Positions 45,441-56,269 of a stretch of DNA of 64,000 bases are shown in pieces. The DNA is taken from positions 595 to 64,594 of the forward strand of contig JAZOAY010000007.1 of NCBI GenBank assembly GCA_045595725.1. Direction: 5' to 3'. Source of the stretch: Acutalibacteraceae bacterium. GTDB lineage: Bacteria > Bacillota > Clostridia > Oscillospirales > Acutalibacteraceae. Every line of letters starts with the position of its first letter. Position 1 is the stretch's first letter. The notes under the pieces were generated by a model, which worked only from the letters and a program-made list of their open reading frames with translations, had not been told where the DNA came from and did no database searches. The translations under genes were made by a program, and so were the position numbers.

Positions 45441-46371
45441 AGGTTAAAATCTCTTTCGCTATATAAATAGGTCTGTTTTTGACCTGAGTGTGGATTTTGC
45501 CGATGTAAATTCCCATAAAACCAAGGAAAACACAAAGTATTGCAAAAAGTAAAAGCACAAGGCAAGCAATGAAACCGAGACCGCAGTTTTTATTAAATCC
45601 AAGTTCGGCAACAAGAAAACAAATAAAAAGAAGCACATCAAAAATTCCCAAGCCGATACCGAAATAAAGAGGTAATTTCAGAGGAAGGTCGGTATAAGCC
45701 ATGATGCCGTCAAAAGCATATTTAAGCAGCTTCTTAAATGACCATTTCGTTTCTCCGCTTTCTCTCTCCATAACTTCGTAGGGAATAGAATATGTGTTGA
45801 AACCAATCCAAGAAAAAATGCCTTTTGAGAAACGGTGGTATTCAGCCAGAGAAATAATAGTTTCAACAACATTTCTTCTCATTGTTCTGAAATCACTTGC
45901 ATCTTCAATAAGATTTACTTCACTTACCTTGTTGATGACAGAGTAAAAGCTTGTTTTTATTTTGCTGAGAAGTGCAGAATCTTTTCTCTTTTCCTGAAAA
46001 GCGGCAACCATGTCATACTGAGAATTTTCGTCAAGGATTTTACCCATCTGAACAGCAACCTCAGGGCGCTGTTGCATGTCCGCATCAATAATTGTGGTGT
46101 ATTCACCCTTTGAGGCTTTAAGTCCTGCATACATTGCAGCTTCTTTACCGAAATTTCTTGAGAAATTTATTATTTTGATTTTAACATCTTTGTTGTTTTC
46201 AAAGATTTTTCTTAAATTTTCACTTGTTTTGTCACGGCTTCCGTCGTTAACAAAAATAAGTTCAAAATTATCTGTGTATCCCTTCATTGCTTCTCTCGCA
46301 GCATTAAAAAATATTTCAACATTGCCTTCTTCATTGAAGCAGGGGATAACCAGAGAGTGTTTTACAGACAT
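45424..46371 (-). CDS. family 2 glycosyltransferase (GtrB / polyprenyl-phosphate glycosyltransferase type) with two C-terminal TM segments
   Basis: SLVIPCFNEE, VNDGSRD and IDADMQ (DxD) motifs. It overlaps the gtrA-like gene. Confidence 0.85.
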   Translation of the reverse strand: MSVKHSLVIPCFNEEGNVEIFFNAAREAMKGYTDNFELIFVNDGSRDKTSENLRKIFENNKDVKIKIINFSRNFGKEAAMYAGLKASKGEYTTIIDADMQQRPEVAVQMGKILDENSQYDMVAAFQEKRKDSALLSKIKTSFYSVINKVSEVNLIEDASDFRTMRRNVVETIISLAEYHRFSKGIFSWIGFNTYSIPYEVMERESGETKWSFKKLLKYAFDGIMAYTDLPLKLPLYFGIGLGIFDVLLFICFLVAELGFNKNCGLGFIACLVLLLFAILCVFLGFMGIYIGKIHTQVKNRPIYIAKEILTYEENS

Positions 46372-46458
46372 ATCTTCAACACCTTTTCGGTTAGTAAGTT
46401 TATTTTATACTTTATGGATGGTATTTGTCAATAGATTTATATTTTGTTTACGGTAAGT

Positions 46459-47592
46459 TTAATTTTTCTTTTCAAGTAAGGTGACGCATTCAACATGATT
46501 TGTTTGGGGGAACATGTCATATGGGCAGATATTTTTAACTTTGTATCCGCCTTTAACAAGTGTGTATAAATCTCTGCCTTGTGTTTCGGGGTTACATGAA
46601 ATGTAAACGATTTTTTTTGGATTCAATTTCAAAACAGAATGTAAAAATTTGGGTGTGCTTCCCATTCTCGGCGGGTCAAGAAAAACTACGTCTGCTTTGT
46701 TTTCTTCAGCATAACTTTTCAAAAAATCTGATGCATCTGCACAATAAAATTCAATATTTTTTATTCCGTTTATTTCCGCATTTTCTTTTGCATTTTCAAC
46801 TGCATCCCTGACAGCTTCAACGGAAATTACTTTTTTTGCTTTTTTGCTTGCAATAAGTCCGATTGTACCTATTCCGCAGTAAGCATCAATGACAGTTTCT
46901 TTTCCTGAAAGATTAGCCAGTTCAATTGCCTTTGTGTAAAGTTTTTCTGTCTGGACAGGGTTTATCTGATAAAAAGAGTTTGCGGAAATTTTAAACCTCA
47001 GTCCGCACAGGATATCTTCTATGTAAGGCTTTCCGAAAAGGACTTTTTGCTTTTTGCCAAGAACAAGTTTGTCAGATTTCCCGATTGTCTGAATGATTGA
47101 AGTAATCTGAGGATGAAGCGAAACCAGGTCTTTGACAAAATTATTTCTTTGGTCAAATTTTTCTTCTCTCGTTGCAAGAACGACCATGATTTCTCCGCTT
47201 TTAAATCCGGAACGGATAAGAACATGATGTAAAAAACCTGTTTCGTTGGCAGGGTTATAAACAAAAATTCTATATTTCTTGATTAACTTTTTGATGTCGG
47301 CAATAATTTCTCCAGCTTTTTCATTTTCAAGAAGACAGGATGTAACTCCCACAATTCCTCCTGTAGAGGACTGATAAATTCCTGAAAAAAGATTGCCGTG
47401 TCTGTCTTTTCTAAAAACAGTCTGAACTTTATTTCTGTAATGGTAGGGGTTGTCCATGGGGATGATTTTTTCGACTCTGCCGTATTTACCCAATGAACGG
47501 ACACATTTGATTTCCTTGAAACGGAGTTGCTCAGGGTAGTCCATGTTCATCAGCTGACAACCGTTACATTTTTTATAAACGCTGCATTTCAT
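46459..47592 (-). CDS. RlmD/TrmA-family RNA (uracil-5-)-methyltransferase
   Basis: N-terminal C..C..C Fe-S cysteines (CSVYKKCNGCQL), SAM motif DAYCGIGTIG and the catalytic ISCNP motif. Confidence 0.85.
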   Translation of the reverse strand: MKCSVYKKCNGCQLMNMDYPEQLRFKEIKCVRSLGKYGRVEKIIPMDNPYHYRNKVQTVFRKDRHGNLFSGIYQSSTGGIVGVTSCLLENEKAGEIIADIKKLIKKYRIFVYNPANETGFLHHVLIRSGFKSGEIMVVLATREEKFDQRNNFVKDLVSLHPQITSIIQTIGKSDKLVLGKKQKVLFGKPYIEDILCGLRFKISANSFYQINPVQTEKLYTKAIELANLSGKETVIDAYCGIGTIGLIASKKAKKVISVEAVRDAVENAKENAEINGIKNIEFYCADASDFLKSYAEENKADVVFLDPPRMGSTPKFLHSVLKLNPKKIVYISCNPETQGRDLYTLVKGGYKVKNICPYDMFPQTNHVECVTLLEKKN

Positions 47593-47647
47593 AAGAATTC
47601 ACCTCTGTAGGTTTATGTTTTAAGTATACCACAGAGGTGAATTTTTA

Positions 47648-48253
47648 TCAATCTTTGTCAAAATGATTTTTTATACTTTCATAAATTTCTATAATTTTAA
47701 AGCGTGGTTCATATCGTGGGTCTGATTCAACAAGTTTTACTTCATCTTCGTTGAAAAATAGATTTATGTCAGGTTGAGAAGCGGGAATACACAGAGGAGG
47801 AAACATTACACACCACCAGTTTTTGCCGGAACTTTCTCCGATAAGCACGCGCACAGCTTTGTATTTTCCTGCAGGAAGAGTTACATTTTCATATGTTCGT
47901 GTGGTGAAAAATTCATCTGTCACTGTAATTTCAACAGGATAATCAAATCCGTTTTCACGGATGACTTTCTCGGCGGTTTCAATTAAGATTTCTTTTTCGT
48001 TTTTTATTTTTTCTTCTGCATTTTCTTTTGTGACAGAGCCGTCAAAAATGTTTTTTCCTGTCGTCAGAAGAGCATCTCTAACTTTTATTTTTAATTGTTG
48101 ATCTTCTTCGGAATCTGAATTTGCAAGAACATGAAGACGAAGAACATCGCTTCTTATTTCATCACAAGTTTCTGCAAAACCTGTTATGCTGAAAATAATT
48201 GTAAAAACAAAACCTGCTAAAAGAGAGAGTCTGAACATTTTAAATTTTTTCAT
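47648..48253 (-). CDS. spoIIR: stage II sporulation protein R
   Basis: Signal peptide plus LRLHVLANSDSEEDQQLKIKVRDALL and WWCVMFPPLC motifs. The start is taken at the ATG at 48253. Confidence 0.88.
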   Translation of the reverse strand: MKKFKMFRLSLLAGFVFTIIFSITGFAETCDEIRSDVLRLHVLANSDSEEDQQLKIKVRDALLTTGKNIFDGSVTKENAEEKIKNEKEILIETAEKVIRENGFDYPVEITVTDEFFTTRTYENVTLPAGKYKAVRVLIGESSGKNWWCVMFPPLCIPASQPDINLFFNEDEVKLVESDPRYEPRFKIIEIYESIKNHFDKD

Positions 48254-48302
48254 AAAAAAACACTGTCCTTTCACAAAAGAGTGTGGACAGTGTTCTGTGA
48301 TT

Positions 48303-49169
48303 TTATTCAATTATTTCCAAAGAATACGGAACGGGTGTTGCAATGAATACGTTGTTTGTAATGGCTTTTAATTTTTCTGCACAGTTTTCTGCATCTTTTT
48401 CATTTTCAAAAATTCCGTAAACAGTTGGACCGCTTCCACTCATGAGAGAAAGTTTTGCGTTGTTTGCTCTCATGATTTTTTTGATTTCAACTCTTTCGGG
48501 AACTTCAATTACCTGTTCAAAAACGTTTGCCGCAAGTTTACACATTCCGTCAAAGTCACCGTTTGCTGCTGCAATGAGCATTTTGTCTTTTTTTGGTTTT
48601 CTGATATATGAAGCGTTGTCAAAACTTGCAAAAGCTTCTTTTGTGGAAACACCCATTTGGGGCTTTGCAAGAACGAAATAACATTGAGGAATGTCATCAA
48701 GTGGTGACAGGACGTCACCGATATTTTGCGCAAGACAGGTGCCGCCTACAATACAGAAAGGAACGTCTGCTCCGACTTTTCTGCCGATTCTGCAAAGTTC
48801 TCTCTCAGTAAGTCCGGCATTAAAAAGTTCGTTGAGTGCTTTTATTACTGCCGCACCGTCAGCACTTCCTCCGGCTAACCCTGCTTCAGAAGGAATGTTT
48901 TTTTCAATGTGGATATGAATTCCGCAGTTTTCAATTCCCGTTTTATCAAAGAAGGCAAGAGCCGCTTTGTAAGCAATGTTTTTTTCATTTGTGGGAATTC
49001 CCTCTTTTGAACAGGTGAGGGTGATTTTTTCCGAATCATTCTTTTCAACCGTCACAGTGTCATAGAGAGAAACTGACTGCATAATCATCCACAGATTATG
49101 ATATCCGTTGGGAAGTGTACCCAAAATGTCGAGCATTAAATTTATTTTTGCAAAAGCCTTGATTTTCAT
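48303..49169 (-). CDS. ispE: 4-diphosphocytidyl-2-C-methyl-D-erythritol kinase
   Basis: AKINLMLDI start and the GHMP kinase motif PSEAGLAGGSADGAA. Confidence 0.92.
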   Translation of the reverse strand: MKIKAFAKINLMLDILGTLPNGYHNLWMIMQSVSLYDTVTVEKNDSEKITLTCSKEGIPTNEKNIAYKAALAFFDKTGIENCGIHIHIEKNIPSEAGLAGGSADGAAVIKALNELFNAGLTERELCRIGRKVGADVPFCIVGGTCLAQNIGDVLSPLDDIPQCYFVLAKPQMGVSTKEAFASFDNASYIRKPKKDKMLIAAANGDFDGMCKLAANVFEQVIEVPERVEIKKIMRANNAKLSLMSGSGPTVYGIFENEKDAENCAEKLKAITNNVFIATPVPYSLEIIE

Positions 49170-49180
49170 ATTAATCAGTC

Positions 49181-49993
49181 CTATTCAATGGGAATGAGTA
49201 CAGGCTCTCTTGATTGGAAAAGCGCAATTGATGTGAAACCGCAGTCAAGAGCAAGCTGCATTCCTCTGTCAATGCCTGCACCAACATGTTCTGCAAAGTG
49301 GGAGTCTGAACCAAGTGTGATAAATTCACCGCCGAGGTCTTTGAAACGTTTTACAACATCTTTATCAGGCATTGTTCTGCCTATTTTCTGACGGTAGCCT
49401 GATGTGTTGATTTCAAGAGCCTTACCTTTTTCAATAAGTGTCTTAAGAATTTCGTCAATGATATCGCTGTAACGGTTAAGGTCAACTGTGTAACCCTGAT
49501 CACCTACCATATATCTTAAAGGATACGTAAGGTGTGCAAGTGTATCAAATTTGCCCCAACGAGCAAGTTCAAGTTCTTCTTCAAAATATTCATCAAGAAG
49601 TTTGTAGATATCGTAACTGTCATATTTCAGTTCACAGAAGTCAGGCATGTCACGGAGATTATGAATTGAGCCGATTACCTGGTCGTAATTGAATCTTGAA
49701 ATAATATATTCTGCAGTTTTTACGTCATAAGTGGGCTGACCGAGTTCAATGCCTGTGTTTACAAGAAGTTTACCGAGAAAAGCAGATTTTGCTTTTGAAA
49801 CTTCAAAGAAAGAATGAAAATCCGACTGGTCAAAATGTCTTTCTTTGTAGAAATCAACTTCACAATGGTCTGTGAATGTAACTGAACGAAGACCTGCTTT
49901 TTCTGCTGCTTCGCACATGAACATTGCGGAATGATTTCCGTCAAAAGAATTGTCGGTGTGAACATGCATGTCGAGAATGTTTTTGAATGCCAA
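49181..49993 (-). CDS. PHP-domain histidinol-phosphatase-family protein
   Basis: DMHVHTDNSFDG and further metal-binding His/Asp motifs (TDH, GSIH, GSDSH). TTG start. Confidence 0.8.
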   Translation of the reverse strand: MAFKNILDMHVHTDNSFDGNHSAMFMCEAAEKAGLRSVTFTDHCEVDFYKERHFDQSDFHSFFEVSKAKSAFLGKLLVNTGIELGQPTYDVKTAEYIISRFNYDQVIGSIHNLRDMPDFCELKYDSYDIYKLLDEYFEEELELARWGKFDTLAHLTYPLRYMVGDQGYTVDLNRYSDIIDEILKTLIEKGKALEINTSGYRQKIGRTMPDKDVVKRFKDLGGEFITLGSDSHFAEHVGAGIDRGMQLALDCGFTSIALFQSREPVLIPIE

Positions 49994-50137
49994 GTAAGGT
50001 CGTCCCTTCTGAATAAATCTATTATGCCACTATTTTACTCTACAAATAAGAAAAATGCAATAACAAAAGATAAATTTGCAATTAAAATGATATTGTGATA
50101 TAATTAACAAGTTAAAATATTTTCAGAAGGTGATTTT

Positions 50138-50407
50138 ATGAGAGCAGTAGTAACAGTTGTAGGAAAGGACATGGTTGGTATCCTTTCAAAGGTAGCGGGA
50201 ATATGTGCTGAAAACAAAATGAATGTTATTGAAGTTTCTCAGACTATTCTTCAGGATATGTTCTGCATGATTATGCTTGTTGAAACTGCGGATGAAAGTG
50301 CAAATTTTGCAGCCTTTGCCGATTCGCTCAAGGCTGAGGGCGAAAAGCTGGGTCTTGTTATTCATGCAATGCATGAGGATGTTTTCAATTCCATGCACAG
50401 AATATAA
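50138..50407 (+). CDS. ACT domain protein (UPF0237 family)
   Basis: 89 aa: MRAVVTVVGKDMVGILSKV... It is the conserved partner of the UPF0210 gene. Confidence 0.85.
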   Translation: MRAVVTVVGKDMVGILSKVAGICAENKMNVIEVSQTILQDMFCMIMLVETADESANFAAFADSLKAEGEKLGLVIHAMHEDVFNSMHRI

Positions 50408-50422
50408 AGGAGTTGTGATTAA

Positions 50423-51778
50423 ATGATTAACACAGGCGATATTCTTGAAACTATAGGCATGATTCAGAATGAACACCTTGATATCAGAACAATCACAATG
50501 GGTATCTCACTTCTTGACTGTTGTTCAGGTGACATTGATGTTTCATGCACAAAAATTTACGATAAAATCACACGTCTTGCATCTAATCTTGTGAGAACAG
50601 GCGAAGATATAGAAAAGGAATACGGTATTCCCATTATCAACAAAAGAATTTCAGTAACTCCTATTGCCATGATTCTTGCTTCATCAGGCGGAGACCCGGT
50701 AAAATATGCTCTCACTCTTGAAAAGGCATCCAGAGAAGTCGGCGTTAACTTTATCGGCGGTTACTCAGCTCTTGTGCAGAAAGGTTTTGCACAGGGCGAT
50801 GAGGCACTTATCAGAAGTATTCCCGAGGCACTTTCCCGTACAGACCATATCTGTTCAAGTGTTAACATCGGTTCAACAAAAACGGGCATCAACATGGATG
50901 CAGTAAAACTTATGGGTAACGTTATCAAAAGTGCCGCTTATGCTACCGAGGACAGAGATTGCATCGGTGCTGCAAAACTGGTTGTTTTTTGTAACGCTCC
51001 CGATGATAACCCATTTATGGCAGGTGCTTTCCACGGTGCAGGTGAAGCAGACTGTGTAATTAACGTAGGTGTTTCAGGTCCCGGTGTTGTAAGAAGTGCA
51101 TTGACAAAAATTCCCGATGCAAATATTACAGAAGTTGCAGACATGGTGAAGAAAACCGCATTTAAAATTACAAGAATGGGACAGCTCGTGGCTTCTGAAG
51201 CATCAAAAAGACTTGGTGTGCCTTTCGGTATTGTTGACCTGTCACTTGCTCCTACTCCTGCGGTAGGTGACTCGGTTGCATATATTCTTGAAGAAATGGG
51301 ACTTGAGCAGTGCGGTGCTCACGGCACAACCGCATGTCTTGCTCTGCTTAACGACGCGGTTAAAAAAGGCGGTGTAATGGCTTCCTCTCATGTCGGCGGT
51401 CTTTCAGGTGCATTCATTCCTGTCAGCGAAGATGCGGGTATGATAAATGCTGCAAGAAGCGGATGTCTCACACTTGAAAAACTTGAAGCCATGACTGCTG
51501 TATGCTCGGTAGGTCTTGATATGATTGTTGTACCCGGTGACGTAACACCTGAAATTATTTCTGCAATTATTGCAGACGAAGCAGCAATCGGAATGATTAA
51601 CTCGAAAACGACGGCTGTCAGACTTATTCCTGCAATCGGTAAGGAAGTCGGCGATGAACTTAACTTCGGCGGTCTCCTCGGCAGCGGTCCTGTAATGAGA
51701 GTAAATACTGCATCTCCCGAAAAATTCATTTCACGTGGCGGAAGAATCCCTGCGCCTATTCAAAGTCTCAAAAATTAA
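50423..51778 (+). CDS. PFL-like UPF0210 (DUF711) family protein
   Basis: 451 aa. [29 protein letters not shown]-terminus characteristic of UPF0210. Confidence 0.85.
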   Translation: MINTGDILETIGMIQNEHLDIRTITMGISLLDCCSGDIDVSCTKIYDKITRLASNLVRTGEDIEKEYGIPIINKRISVTPIAMILASSGGDPVKYALTLEKASREVGVNFIGGYSALVQKGFAQGDEALIRSIPEALSRTDHICSSVNIGSTKTGINMDAVKLMGNVIKSAAYATEDRDCIGAAKLVVFCNAPDDNPFMAGAFHGAGEADCVINVGVSGPGVVRSALTKIPDANITEVADMVKKTAFKITRMGQLVASEASKRLGVPFGIVDLSLAPTPAVGDSVAYILEEMGLEQCGAHGTTACLALLNDAVKKGGVMASSHVGGLSGAFIPVSEDAGMINAARSGCLTLEKLEAMTAVCSVGLDMIVVPGDVTPEIISAIIADEAAIGMINSKTTAVRLIPAIGKEVGDELNFGGLLGSGPVMRVNTASPEKFISRGGRIPAPIQSLKN

Positions 51779-51793
51779 ATTTAAAGTTTTGAT

Positions 51794-51943
51794 CGAACTT
51801 TTTCAAAAGTTCGTGGGTTCAAGGGGCAACGCCCTTGTCGCAATCCGCAGAGTGCGAAACTCCTATGCGTCAGAAAGCGCAGGAGGGTAGAAAAACAATT
51901 AATGAATTGTTTTTCGCAGGGAACCCTCGCCGAGGGGTCCCTG
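51794..51943. repeat. array of at least five unrelated GC-rich / perfect hairpins in an intergenic region
   Basis: Hairpins at 51794-51813 (9 bp), 51820-51837 (6 bp), 51860-51885, 51890-51915 (11 bp, perfect) and 51917-51943 (10 bp, one mismatch). Confidence 0.55.
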
Positions 51944-51958
51944 AAATATAAATAGTCA

Positions 51959-51998
51959 AGTCCCACCGTACTGTTATAATGCACGATGGGACTTTTTT
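51959..51998. terminator. bidirectional terminator between UPF0210 and GH30
   Basis: AGTCCCACCGT...ACGATGGGACT followed by T6. It abuts the GH30 stop codon. Confidence 0.65.
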
Positions 51999-51999
51999 G

Positions 52000-53409
52000 T
52001 CACATATTAACTTTTACCGTTACAATACTCTTTGCAGGAATGTTAATTTCTGCTTTGAATTTTCCATTGTAAATTTTTTCGCAGTTGTGACTTTCATCTG
52101 TCAGATAAATTTCTGTAGTTCCGAGAAGTCCGTTAATTTTTAAATTTTCTTCTGCTTCTTCAGGATTTACTATTACAATAACAGTTGTGTTTTCTTTTGT
52201 GAATGCAACTGTTTTTATTTTTGTTTCTTCCTCAAAATTATCGAAAATTCTGACTCGTGTCATGCCTTTTTCAATAAAAGATGTGAAATGTTTAAACGCA
52301 TAATAGCGGTTGTATGTAACGAGTTCTCCGTCAACTCTGTCAAGGAGTCCGTCACCATTAACTGCTGTCCAGCTTTGCCATGAAACTGCATTCATTTTTG
52401 TCAGGTCGTCAACTATGATTTGTGCCATGTGAAGACCGCTGTCAATTGTTCTGCTGTCAATTGTGAGAGGAAGTTCGCACCACTCACTCATTTCGTATTT
52501 TTTATCGGGATAATCTTCCTTGAATTTATTTCCCACTTGTTCTTTTTCTTCTGCCTTTGTATCCATCCAATATGAATGACCTGCAAATGAATCACAGAAA
52601 TCATTTAAAATTTCACTTGCAAAAAATTTCTCAACATATTGGTAATGTGCCCATGTCATTTCTCCGCTTTCAGGGCCGCTTAATTTATAGGGTGAATTTC
52701 TTTTCTGCATTTCTGTTGCGAAAAGTTCAAGCAGTTCAATTGTTTCATCAATTTCGTAGTGGCAACCTTCCTGGCCTACCCAATCACCGCCCCATGACCA
52801 TTGCGGTTCATTGATGGGCGAAATTGCATAAATCGGATAGCCCTGAGAAACAAACCAATCGGCGATTGTGAGAACGTAATCTACAAATGCCTGATAATTT
52901 TCTTTCGGAAGATTGGATGAATATTCGGTAAGACCGCCTGAGGCATGACCGCTTTTTGTCATTGAAAAATGAGGACTGTTGCAGAAAAGAATAACTTTTT
53001 CTGCACCGTATTTTACTGCAAGGTCAAGCATGCGTCGTGCGTTTTTATCGCGTGTGAAATCGTATTCGTATTCTCCTGTTTCTTTGTTTATAACATAGAA
53101 ACTTTCAGTTCTTCTTGATGTATCCCAAACTCTGCAATCAGGATTATCTGCTTCACCGCCACCGATATTATAACGGAAAATTTTAAGCCCTAAGCCATCT
53201 TCCTTATCATATAATTTTTTAGCAATTTCGTCAGCCATTGTTTCGTCTTCAATTGTCTGTGCCCACCAGCAGGAACTTGTGCCGAATTCTTCAAAAGTCT
53301 GATATTTTTTTGTTTTGTCAATCAAAATTTCATGCCTCCCCGTAAGTCCTGAACACCACATAAAGATAAACTGGATTATTGCAAGAATAAAGGAAATAAT
53401 TTTCATCAT
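52000..53409 (-). CDS. glycoside hydrolase family 30-like protein
   Basis: FGTSSCWWAQ, NEPQW and MSEWCE (catalytic Glu contexts) with a C-terminal beta-sandwich. N-terminal signal/anchor. Confidence 0.7.
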   Translation of the reverse strand: MMKIISFILAIIQFIFMWCSGLTGRHEILIDKTKKYQTFEEFGTSSCWWAQTIEDETMADEIAKKLYDKEDGLGLKIFRYNIGGGEADNPDCRVWDTSRRTESFYVINKETGEYEYDFTRDKNARRMLDLAVKYGAEKVILFCNSPHFSMTKSGHASGGLTEYSSNLPKENYQAFVDYVLTIADWFVSQGYPIYAISPINEPQWSWGGDWVGQEGCHYEIDETIELLELFATEMQKRNSPYKLSGPESGEMTWAHYQYVEKFFASEILNDFCDSFAGHSYWMDTKAEEKEQVGNKFKEDYPDKKYEMSEWCELPLTIDSRTIDSGLHMAQIIVDDLTKMNAVSWQSWTAVNGDGLLDRVDGELVTYNRYYAFKHFTSFIEKGMTRVRIFDNFEEETKIKTVAFTKENTTVIVIVNPEEAEENLKINGLLGTTEIYLTDESHNCEKIYNGKFKAEINIPAKSIVTVKVNM

Positions 53410-53544
53410 TTTATTTTACCTCTCGGAAAATATTTGTAAAATCATTGTACATTAAGAGTAAACTTTTTGCAAGTAAATTGTTGACAAAATGTTTTCCTGT
53501 TGATAAAGTTAATGTTATAGTATTCTTTTGATTGAGGGATAAAT

Positions 53545-54051
53545 ATGATTAATAATACATTTGAAATACTGAATCAATACAGCGGCGACTTTTCTGATCC
53601 GCCTTTGAAAATCCGTGAAGCGGGCAGAGGTGTTCTGATTGAAAACAATAAAATTCTTCTGACTTACGAGACAAACACAGGGGTTTATATGACTCCGGGA
53701 GGAGGTCTTGAAGAAGGCGAAACTCTTTCGGAATGCTGTGAGAGAGAGTTAAGGGAAGAATCAGGCATAAAAGTGAAACCATTGAAACAGTTTCTGAGAA
53801 TAAATGAATACTGTCCCGAATGTATGTATGTGAGTAACTATTTTATCTGCGAAAAGGTTGGTGAATGTGAAAATTCACTTACAGAAGTTGAAGTGGAACA
53901 CGGTGTCGTTCCTCGATGGATTGATATAGAAGAAGCACTTGAAATTTTCGGCGAATATCCCTCAAAGAGACGTGATATTTCAAGTTTATACCAGAGAGAA
54001 TATACAATGCTTAATAAATATCTTAAACTTAAAAAAGCAATTGACAGATGA
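53545..54051 (+). CDS. NUDIX hydrolase
   Basis: Nudix box GGGLEEGETLSECCERELREESGI. Confidence 0.88.
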   Translation: MINNTFEILNQYSGDFSDPPLKIREAGRGVLIENNKILLTYETNTGVYMTPGGGLEEGETLSECCERELREESGIKVKPLKQFLRINEYCPECMYVSNYFICEKVGECENSLTEVEVEHGVVPRWIDIEEALEIFGEYPSKRRDISSLYQREYTMLNKYLKLKKAIDR

Positions 54052-54098
54052 AAGTAAAAGACAGTATAATGTAAACAGAAAATCAAGGAGGCGCAAAC

Positions 54099-56240
54099 AT
54101 GTTACAACAAAAGATTATTGCATTTTTTACAGCACTCATAACACTTTTATCTTTGTGGTTTTGCCCTGCAAAGCCTGAAGAGGGAGTTTTCAGTGAAAAT
54201 TCCTCTGTTGAAAAAGTACAATTTGATGAAGGGGATTTTGAGATGAAAGAATATGATCTTGTAGTTTCTCCTGAGGGAAGTGATGCAAATGAAGGTACGG
54301 AAAATTCAACTCTTGCAACACTTGCAGGTGCAAAACAAAAATTAAAATCTCTCAAAAATAAATTGCCCGAAAATACAACCGTTACAGTCTGGTTCAAAGA
54401 GGGAAAATACATAATTGATGAAGAAATAGGTTTCACATCCGATGATTTTTCAGGAGTTGTTTTCAGAAGTATGCCCGGTGAAGACGTTGTTTTCACAGGT
54501 GGGATGGAAATTTCAGATTGGACTGAGGGTGAAATAAACGGTGTGAAAGCACTTGTGTCAGACATTGATACAGATAAAATTTATTTCCGTTCTCTTTTCA
54601 AAGACGAAAGAAGACTTCCTGTCAGCACATGGCCTGAGGAAGGATGCTTTACTGCAAAGACTGCAGATATAAAAGATGCTCTTAATCCTGAAGATACAGC
54701 AGGATACTTTAAACTTCATACGGCTTTTTATGCAAATGAAAACGAAATAATGGATTTTGCAAACGTAAGAGATGTTAATGTCCGTATCATGCACAAATGG
54801 TGTGATGATATTCTTCCTCTGCGTTCAGTTGACACAAAAACAGGCAGAGTTGAAGTGAGAAAACCAGCTGCAATGACAATTGAGGTTGAGGATAACTACG
54901 TTTATGAAAATGTGCGTGAAACTGTAAACAAGGCAGGAGAATGGTATCTTGACAGAAGTGAAAAGAAGCTTTATTACATCCCCTGTGACGGCGAAACTGC
55001 AGAAAATCTTGTGCTTTCAGCGCCTGTTACAGAAAAATTCATGTCCTTCCACGGTGCTGAAGATATAAAGTTCAGCGGCATTAGATTCATAAACACAGAC
55101 TGGGATTTTGTATCAGGTACTCTTAATATCTGGCCTATTGACAAGGCAAATCCCAATTATGAACATATTGAATTTGAGCCCACACATCCTCAGGCATCTT
55201 ACGAAGTGCCCGGTGCTATCGAGATAAACAATTCAGAAAACATTTCTTTTGAAAACTGTATTTTCCGCAGTATTTCAAACACGGCAGTTATGTTCAGAGG
55301 GGACTCTCAGAACTGCTATATTGATGCATGTTACTTTGATGAAATCGGCGGTAATGCAGTTTTCATAAACGGAGCTTTGGTTGTTCCTGCAATTACTAAA
55401 AAGATTTCAGTTACAAACTGTGAAATTAACGAATACGGCAGGATTTACAACCATTCTATCGGTGTGCTTCTTTGTCATGCTTCAGACTGTATAATTGCAA
55501 ACAACGAAATTCACGATGGATGGTACACAGCGGTTTCCGTCGGTTGGATATGGGGTTATGCAGAAAATCCCACAAACAATATTCAGGTGAAAGACAACCT
55601 TATCTATAATATCGGTAACGGTTGGCTTTCTGATATGGGTGGTATTTATACTCTCGGTATTCAGCCCGGTACAGTCCTCAGCGGTAATGTGATTTACAAC
55701 GTAGGTTGCTATGGCGGTAAACAGGGCTACGGCGGTTGGGGTATTTACCTTGACGAAGGTTCAACAGAAATTCTTGTTGAAAATAACCTTGTTTATGACT
55801 GCTCTTCCCAGGCGTTCCATCAGCATTACGGCAGGGATAATATGATAAGAAATAACATTCTTGCCTTCGGCGGTGAGGGTATATTCCGTATCACAAGAAA
55901 CGAAGAGCATAATTCACTTTTCCTCGAAAACAATATTCTTGTAAGTGACGGTAGAGTTATGTACTGGGAAACAACCAGTCCTGACTGGTTCAAGGATAAC
56001 AACAACCTCTATTGGGACTACGGCAACAAGGCTGTGTATTCGGGCACATCAACAAAGGTGTTTGAGAGAGAAACCATTGTCGATATGGTAGGTAAAGGAT
56101 ATTATAATAACGCCGTTTTTGCTGACCCCATTTTCAAGGATGCAGAAAACAGAGATTTTACTCTTGCAGAAAACTCACCCGCACTTGAAACAGGATTTAA
56201 ACCTTTTGCATATAAAGCGGGAACACCGTATGAATTTTAA
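54099..56240 (+). CDS. right-handed parallel beta-helix repeat protein with an N-terminal signal anchor
   Basis: Hydrophobic N-terminus. Many beta-helix rung motifs (NCIFRSISNTAVMF, NCEINEYG, ANNEIHDGWYTAVSVGW, GNVIYNVG). Confidence 0.7.
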   Translation: MLQQKIIAFFTALITLLSLWFCPAKPEEGVFSENSSVEKVQFDEGDFEMKEYDLVVSPEGSDANEGTENSTLATLAGAKQKLKSLKNKLPENTTVTVWFKEGKYIIDEEIGFTSDDFSGVVFRSMPGEDVVFTGGMEISDWTEGEINGVKALVSDIDTDKIYFRSLFKDERRLPVSTWPEEGCFTAKTADIKDALNPEDTAGYFKLHTAFYANENEIMDFANVRDVNVRIMHKWCDDILPLRSVDTKTGRVEVRKPAAMTIEVEDNYVYENVRETVNKAGEWYLDRSEKKLYYIPCDGETAENLVLSAPVTEKFMSFHGAEDIKFSGIRFINTDWDFVSGTLNIWPIDKANPNYEHIEFEPTHPQASYEVPGAIEINNSENISFENCIFRSISNTAVMFRGDSQNCYIDACYFDEIGGNAVFINGALVVPAITKKISVTNCEINEYGRIYNHSIGVLLCHASDCIIANNEIHDGWYTAVSVGWIWGYAENPTNNIQVKDNLIYNIGNGWLSDMGGIYTLGIQPGTVLSGNVIYNVGCYGGKQGYGGWGIYLDEGSTEILVENNLVYDCSSQAFHQHYGRDNMIRNNILAFGGEGIFRITRNEEHNSLFLENNILVSDGRVMYWETTSPDWFKDNNNLYWDYGNKAVYSGTSTKVFERETIVDMVGKGYYNNAVFADPIFKDAENRDFTLAENSPALETGFKPFAYKAGTPYEF

Positions 56241-56269
56241 TTGATATGTAAAATAGAATACAGTAATAG

